Of a DNA stretch of 64,000 bases, positions 59,237 to 64,000 are shown in pieces. Every line of letters begins with the position of its first letter. The stretch's first letter is position 1. The DNA is from Nitrosarchaeum sp. (GTDB lineage: Archaea > Thermoproteota > Nitrososphaeria > Nitrososphaerales > Nitrosopumilaceae), in contig OZ245020.1 in NCBI GenBank assembly GCA_965223865.1, forward strand, positions 1,792,001 through 1,856,000, in the 5' to 3' direction. The notes under the pieces were generated by a model. It searched no databases and had not been told where the DNA came from. It worked only from the letters and a program-made list of their open reading frames with translations. A program made the position numbers and the translations under genes.

Positions 59237-59563
59237 ATGGGAATTGAGAAGAATCTTTTTCGTGCCCTACTTACTACAAAAGGTAGAAAAACAGGCAAGC
59301 ATCACTCTGTCATGCTTCGAGCAGTAAAATATAATGATAAAATCTATTTTTCAAGGCATAGACCTGATGGCGACTGGTTCAGAAATGCAATTGCAAATTC
59401 AGATGTGAAAATAGAATACCAAGGTGAAACATATTTGGGAAGGGCAAATCTAGTTACGGATGAAAATTTAGAGAAGAAAATTTCCCAATTAAAATATCCA
59501 GGTGAAAAAAGAGCCGATGAAAAACGAGTTGCAATAGAAATTACACTATATGAACAACAGTAG
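59237..59563 (+). CDS. F420-dependent nitroreductase-like (DDN/DUF385) protein
   Basis: LTT.GRKTG, DW.RN..AN..V. Confidence 0.8.
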   Translation: MGIEKNLFRALLTTKGRKTGKHHSVMLRAVKYNDKIYFSRHRPDGDWFRNAIANSDVKIEYQGETYLGRANLVTDENLEKKISQLKYPGEKRADEKRVAIEITLYEQQ

Positions 59564-60185
59564 TCAGACCCCTACGATCATACTCTATATCATTTTCAGT
59601 TTCAATCACAGTAACGGTAAATGAAATAACATCTCTTTGTTTTGCTTTTTCTGCATGAAGTTTTAGATGAAGGTCCATCAAATCAAATTGTTCTGTGGGA
59701 AGATTGGTCTCATCAAGATATGCACCACATGTTGACTCTATTCGAAATCTATCATCTTTAAAATGAAATCCAAGTTTTGTTTTTCTATTTTCTCTACCAT
59801 TTGCCTTTACATTAACATCTATTATTCCAGATTTTGCCTTGGTATAGCTTGATGTTCCATTGATAAAAACTCCAATTGGAAATGGCTTTCCAGCAGTTGA
59901 TTCAGCCATTTTTTGGATTCCATCATTCATTACAACATCAACTGCTTTGATTGATTGAGGAACTTTGGCAATCCATTCATTTGTTCTTTTGATGGTTGCA
60001 TGAATTCCAGCTCGTCTTTTTTTATCCTCATCCTCAGGTAGCTTGTAGTAATCAACCCATGCTTCATAATCATGTGAAATATCTTCGATAAAATCCATAC
60101 ATGTTCTTTTGTAATCATTAACATTATCAGTTCTCTCAGATGCATCATCTGTTCTGAGACCATCATAATCCATCGGAAGTGCCAA
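59541..60185 (-). CDS. Hypothetical protein
   Basis: 214-aa ORF with typical codon usage; no family recognised. Confidence 0.7.
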   Translation of the reverse strand: MALPMDYDGLRTDDASERTDNVNDYKRTCMDFIEDISHDYEAWVDYYKLPEDEDKKRRAGIHATIKRTNEWIAKVPQSIKAVDVVMNDGIQKMAESTAGKPFPIGVFINGTSSYTKAKSGIIDVNVKANGRENRKTKLGFHFKDDRFRIESTCGAYLDETNLPTEQFDLMDLHLKLHAEKAKQRDVISFTVTVIETENDIEYDRRGLTTVVHIV

Positions 60186-60269
60186 TAGAAAGGGTCAGTT
60201 TTTACATCTAAAAAACCAATCTTGTTCAAAAATTAATGAATATAATGGGAAGTTTAGAGAGACCATAGT

Positions 60270-60746
60270 ATGATATTTTCCGAACTAATACAAGATTTAC
60301 AAAAAGAGCTCAAAGTAAACTTGGCTCAGATCAGATTTTTGCTTAAGAAAAATCCAGGAATGGGTTATACAAGAATTGTTGAAATTGGAAAAGAAGTCGG
60401 GAAAAAGTACAACATCAAACTTGTTGTCAATTTTCCTAAGGAAGGAAGAATTGAAGAATTTGAAATGTATGGAAAACGAGATCTAAGCTTGATTATTGAT
60501 TATGAGAGAAAAAGATTTCCAATGGATAGAACCATCATAAAAGAAAAAGCAAATGAAATTCTAGGAGATATACAAACGGAGGATGCATACATGTATGAAA
60601 ATAAAGAAGGAGTCAGGGTATTTTCAAAAGGCTGGAAGATAGATATTTTGCCTCATTCTTTGCACATATGGACCGAATTTGACGAGAAAGTCACTAGGTT
60701 TTGTGATTGGTTATTAGATGAAGTTTATTTGGTAAAACACAAATAA
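60270..60746 (+). CDS. Hypothetical protein
   Basis: 158-aa ORF with TATAA upstream. Confidence 0.75.
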   Translation: MIFSELIQDLQKELKVNLAQIRFLLKKNPGMGYTRIVEIGKEVGKKYNIKLVVNFPKEGRIEEFEMYGKRDLSLIIDYERKRFPMDRTIIKEKANEILGDIQTEDAYMYENKEGVRVFSKGWKIDILPHSLHIWTEFDEKVTRFCDWLLDEVYLVKHK

Positions 60747-60751
60747 AAAAC

Positions 60752-61111
60752 TTAGATATTTTCTAATTTTTCAAGCAATCCCTCTGCCTCATGGTTATCT
60801 GGCTGTAATTTTAGAATTTTTTTACAACATTCAATTGCCTCATCTTTTTGTTGCAATGCAAGATGTGCGTTTGTTTTTAGTGTGAGGGTTTCAACATCAT
60901 CAGGGTTGAGATTATGCGCTTTATCAAAATAAGGAATTGCTTTTTTACTATCCTCTAAGATGTAGTAAGTGCTCCCCATAATAAACATAAAATCAGAGTC
61001 TTCAGAAAATTGTGATTCAAGACTTTTTCCAAACTCAAGTGCTTCAATATATTCACCATCTTTGATGAGTTTTTTGAGTTTTCTTTTTGGATAGCTAAAC
61101 AGACCAACCAT
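60752..61111 (-). CDS. TPR-repeat protein
   Basis: G..YY...D..KAI.YFDKA..LNP; A..C..KIL.L.P. Confidence 0.85.
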   Translation of the reverse strand: MVGLFSYPKRKLKKLIKDGEYIEALEFGKSLESQFSEDSDFMFIMGSTYYILEDSKKAIPYFDKAHNLNPDDVETLTLKTNAHLALQQKDEAIECCKKILKLQPDNHEAEGLLEKLENI

Positions 61112-61172
61112 TACAAATCAACTGAATCATTACTAAATTTTAACAATTTGAATGTAACAATAATTCAAATTA

Positions 61173-62681
61173 CTATGAGGGAATTGTCATGATTCCCTCT
61201 TTGATCAAGAATTGTATTCCCTGAACAAAAGAGTTATCATCAATGTCACCATTTGCCCACCAGCCTGCGTTGTTCTTAATCCATGCAGGAATTTCATTAG
61301 AACCAGTACCTTCACCTTGAGCAGTTGGAGGAATTTCCATGATTCCCTCTTTGATCAAGAATTGTATTCCCTGAACAAAAGAGTTATCATCAATGTCACC
61401 ATTTGCCCACCAGCCTGCGTTGTTCTTAATCCATGTAGGGATATTGCTTATTGGTTCTGGAATTTCTTCCGGAGTAGGTTCTGGTGAAACACCTCCTGGA
61501 CCTGGAGATATGGGAACTTCGATTAGTAAATAATCATCTGGTGTTGATGGAACAATTCCCTGTGGTGCTAGACCATATACCCAAACAACATACTTGGCAA
61601 TACCAGGTTCAGATTCCACTGTAAAATCAAGCAAGGATTGCCCTGATGGAGAGTAGATAAATGGTCTTCCTTCATCTTGTGCAAGAGATCTTAATGGTGT
61701 TAAGTTGTCATCTACACGAAAGAAATCATACTGAACTTGATTTAAAAATTCAGTATCATCAAATTTGCTGATAAATTTGATTAGCCAATTCATTTCACAG
61801 CCTTGAGTTGGATTTTCAGGACCGTAAAATGCGTGAATTTGATAGCTAAAGTTTTTTGTTGGTTTTTTTATGCTAACTGTTTTCTCAAAATCTGTTTGAC
61901 AACCCATTGCGGCTGCAGTGTCTGCAGTAGAAACAATTCCTTCAAATGGATTCTGCTGAACATTTTCTCGATATTCTAATAATTCAAATTGATATTCAGG
62001 AGGAGGAATTCCTTCAGAAACATGTGTAAAAGTTGATGCCTTGATAGGAAAAGGAAAGTCATCAACAATCCAAATACTACTTGATTGTCCACCAGTATGC
62101 CATCCAACTATAACTGTATCCCAAGTTCCAGATTCAACTGTGATTGTTTCAAGATCAAGAGGAGCTACTTGCTCGCCACCAATGTTTCCAATCTTACCCC
62201 AAGATTGAGCAGTAAATTCCTTTGGTCCTTTTCCACCAGAACTATCATCAGCGGTTGCAAAAGCTGAAAGCCATGCAACTGAAGATTTGAATGCACCTCT
62301 GTAAAGGCCGAGTTCCTCACTTCCTCCTGTGGGTTCTGGTGCAACTTTACCTAATTCTAATTCTCCAACAACTACTTTGTTACCATCATAAACAACAACT
62401 TCTGCAAGCCATTTTGATTCACTACCTACCTGTTTATCTCCTTTAATCCACAAATCTAATTCAAAATTAGCACATTCCTTATAGTCAACATGACACATTG
62501 AATAACTAAAATAATCTCCTTGTTTGAGACCTTCACCAGCATACCAAGATCCTTCTTTGTCTACCCCTCCAGAGGGGATTTGTGCAGATGCTAATGGTAT
62601 TGAAAATGATCCTAGGACCAAAATTGCAATTAATGATATGGCCATAAATGCTGCCTTCAAATCAACGAAAATTAACGCCAC
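61173..62681 (-). CDS. Secreted protein with two C-terminal IPxWIKNNAGWW modules
   Basis: Signal peptide, Pro-rich linker, duplicated C-terminal module. Confidence 0.88.
   Translation of the reverse strand: MALIFVDLKAAFMAISLIAILVLGSFSIPLASAQIPSGGVDKEGSWYAGEGLKQGDYFSYSMCHVDYKECANFELDLWIKGDKQVGSESKWLAEVVVYDGNKVVVGELELGKVAPEPTGGSEELGLYRGAFKSSVAWLSAFATADDSSGGKGPKEFTAQSWGKIGNIGGEQVAPLDLETITVESGTWDTVIVGWHTGGQSSSIWIVDDFPFPIKASTFTHVSEGIPPPEYQFELLEYRENVQQNPFEGIVSTADTAAAMGCQTDFEKTVSIKKPTKNFSYQIHAFYGPENPTQGCEMNWLIKFISKFDDTEFLNQVQYDFFRVDDNLTPLRSLAQDEGRPFIYSPSGQSLLDFTVESEPGIAKYVVWVYGLAPQGIVPSTPDDYLLIEVPISPGPGGVSPEPTPEEIPEPISNIPTWIKNNAGWWANGDIDDNSFVQGIQFLIKEGIMEIPPTAQGEGTGSNEIPAWIKNNAGWWANGDIDDNSFVQGIQFLIKEGIMTIPS
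61188..61435. repeat. Intragenic direct repeat of 98 identical bp (61188-61285 and 61338-61435)
   Basis: Identical sequence 150 bp apart. Confidence 0.92.
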
Positions 62682-62740
62682 GGATAGTTAAAGGTTATTC
62701 AAATAAGCAAATATAGAGGAAAATTACAGAATTTTCAGAC

Positions 62741-62911
62741 ATGTGTGAATGTTCTAAAGTTCATCTTTTTGAAGTTGAATTCAAACTTGATGGTATGACA
62801 GTAGTTCCTACGCACAAGAATTGTGGTTTTGCTCTTGATGAAAAACAGGCCGATAAATTCCAAAAAGAATTGGTAAAATCATGGGGCATAGAAGAAGAGG
62901 AAGAAGAATAA
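62741..62911 (+). CDS. 56-aa microprotein (CxC, HxxC, poly-Glu tail)
   Basis: MCECSKVHLFEVEFKLDGMTVVPTHKNCG...WGIEEEEEE. Confidence 0.75.
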   Translation: MCECSKVHLFEVEFKLDGMTVVPTHKNCGFALDEKQADKFQKELVKSWGIEEEEEE

Positions 62912-62951
62912 TTTTTAAAAATAAAAAATAAGATTGTAATAAACTATCGAA

Positions 62952-63095
62952 TCACATTTGTCCGACAGCTTCTTTACAAACATCGGTTGTACATTTGCAA
63001 TCTGCACTGCATATACAATGACCTTGCATTGCACAATCGCATGAGTAATCAGGATCGCCGCTATCTGCTTCGCATCCACATGCTTGATCTGCCAT
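62952..63095 (-). CDS. Metallothionein-like 47-aa Cys-rich microprotein
   Basis: MADQACGCEADSGDPDYSCDCAMQGHCICSADCKCTTDVCKEAVGQM; 9 Cys, four CxC; TTTTAAA box upstream. Confidence 0.75.
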   Translation of the reverse strand: MADQACGCEADSGDPDYSCDCAMQGHCICSADCKCTTDVCKEAVGQM

Positions 63096-63151
63096 GTTAA
63101 GTCAGTATTCCTCCTTGTTTTAAAAGGTTAGTATAAAAAACTAGACTTACT

Positions 63152-64000
63152 TTACACGATCTTAAATATCTCATTACATGATTTCTTTACAAGATTTGCT
63201 TGTTGTAATAATAGGTTAGAGTCAGCCTCAACATCAAAGGCGACCTTTAGGATATGAATCAGATCTGGTTGTTTCTCTATAGTGTTTTTGATTTTAACAA
63301 AGTTTTCTTTGTTGATATATCCCAAGAAAAAGTAGCAATCAGACAACATGGAGTTTTTTACAAAAAAGTCATGTTTTTGTTTGATGATTTGAGAATGATT
63401 GTTTTTCTCAACTATATCTGAAAAGCCCATTGTTGATTTCAACATTCTTTCTAAAAGAGTAGGGATAGCACGCTCTATTCCTACCGTTTCATTAATTGTT
63501 GAGATTTTTTTGTTGACAGGATTTTTTTCAAATTTTCTCATCATATCTAACATGTGGGAAGGAGATGACTTTTTCTGATTTAATGCACAAATTGCTTCAG
63601 CCAAATAAAATGAAGCACATTTTTGCCAGCAAGATGCAAAAACATTTGAAGAATTTATCCCACTCTTACATTTTTCACAGCAAAAAAGAGAATCAATCAA
63701 ACAGTTTTTTGCATAGTCATTAAACAGATTCATTCTTTTTTCTTTTATTTTTGATAAGAACATTCTAAGATCCCAGGAATCATCTTGAATTATTTTCATT
63801 TGGTCATATTGAACCAAAATTTTTGATTGATTTTCTTTTAATGAACCATGATGAATATGAATAAGATTATTTTCAAATAAAATAAAGGTGTCAGGTTCTA
63901 ACTTTTCATCAAATATTGTAATATCATAATCACACAAATCAAAATTAATACCAGATGTTCTGCAACCACTCAATCCAACTGGAAAATTTGTAAGACCTTG
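63152..64000 (-). CDS. Hypothetical protein, possible nucleotidyltransferase-like N-terminus (5' end beyond window)
   Basis: G..T......D.DI pattern; frame stays open upstream of the TTG at 63973 to the window edge. Confidence 0.6.
   Translation of the reverse strand, partial: QGLTNFPVGLSGCRTSGINFDLCDYDITIFDEKLEPDTFILFENNLIHIHHGSLKENQSKILVQYDQMKIIQDDSWDLRMFLSKIKEKRMNLFNDYAKNCLIDSLFCCEKCKSGINSSNVFASCWQKCASFYLAEAICALNQKKSSPSHMLDMMRKFEKNPVNKKISTINETVGIERAIPTLLERMLKSTMGFSDIVEKNNHSQIIKQKHDFFVKNSMLSDCYFFLGYINKENFVKIKNTIEKQPDLIHILKVAFDVEADSNLLLQQANLVKKSCNEIFKIV

Noticed and set aside
654-62267. Many short antisense or overlapping ORFs in the track (e.g. 654-1019, 10111-10407, 32625-32942, 45422-45724, 59930-60229, 61212-61487)
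   Set aside because: Shadows of well-supported genes with no independent motifs

Overview
AT-rich archaeal chromosome segment. Gene content (SRP54/SRP19, aIF5A, aIF1A, rpS8e, Gar1, two TFB paralogs, intron-containing tRNA-Tyr and tRNA-Leu, a bacterial-type cold-shock protein, proteins with IPxWIKNNAGWW modules) points to a Nitrosopumilus-like ammonia-oxidising thaumarchaeon. Core blocks: translation/SRP genes, scpAB, tetrapyrrole synthesis (hemA/B/C/D/L, cobA, sirC, fused ahbAB, ChdC-like), a split suf system, arsenic resistance, sbtAB and pstSCAB/phoU. The best candidate for an undescribed system is at 17.2-23.7 kb. A cobalamin-binding protein there carries the CarH-type photoreceptor signature (W-x9-EH plus ExHxxG) fused to a non-MerR N-terminal domain. 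It is surrounded by DUF1722, a phytoene-desaturase-like flavoprotein, an SRPBCC protein, microproteins and an alternative TFB. Seven promoters in this block share a TTAGCACTA-like box 19-21 bp upstream of the TATA box. Other highlights: an unannotated C/D box sRNA whose D guide points at C34 of a CAU-anticodon tRNA; a polyphosphate module (two TMK-like PPK3-type subunits, CHAD, PPX, SixA) inside a phosphate region marked by a CTATATAG palindrome; a secreted three-repeat protein with an Hcp/tail-tube-like pattern; a PKD-repeat protein with an orphan C-terminal strand; and several Cys-rich microproteins, one metallothionein-like. All functional calls come from motif recognition by eye; no database search was run.
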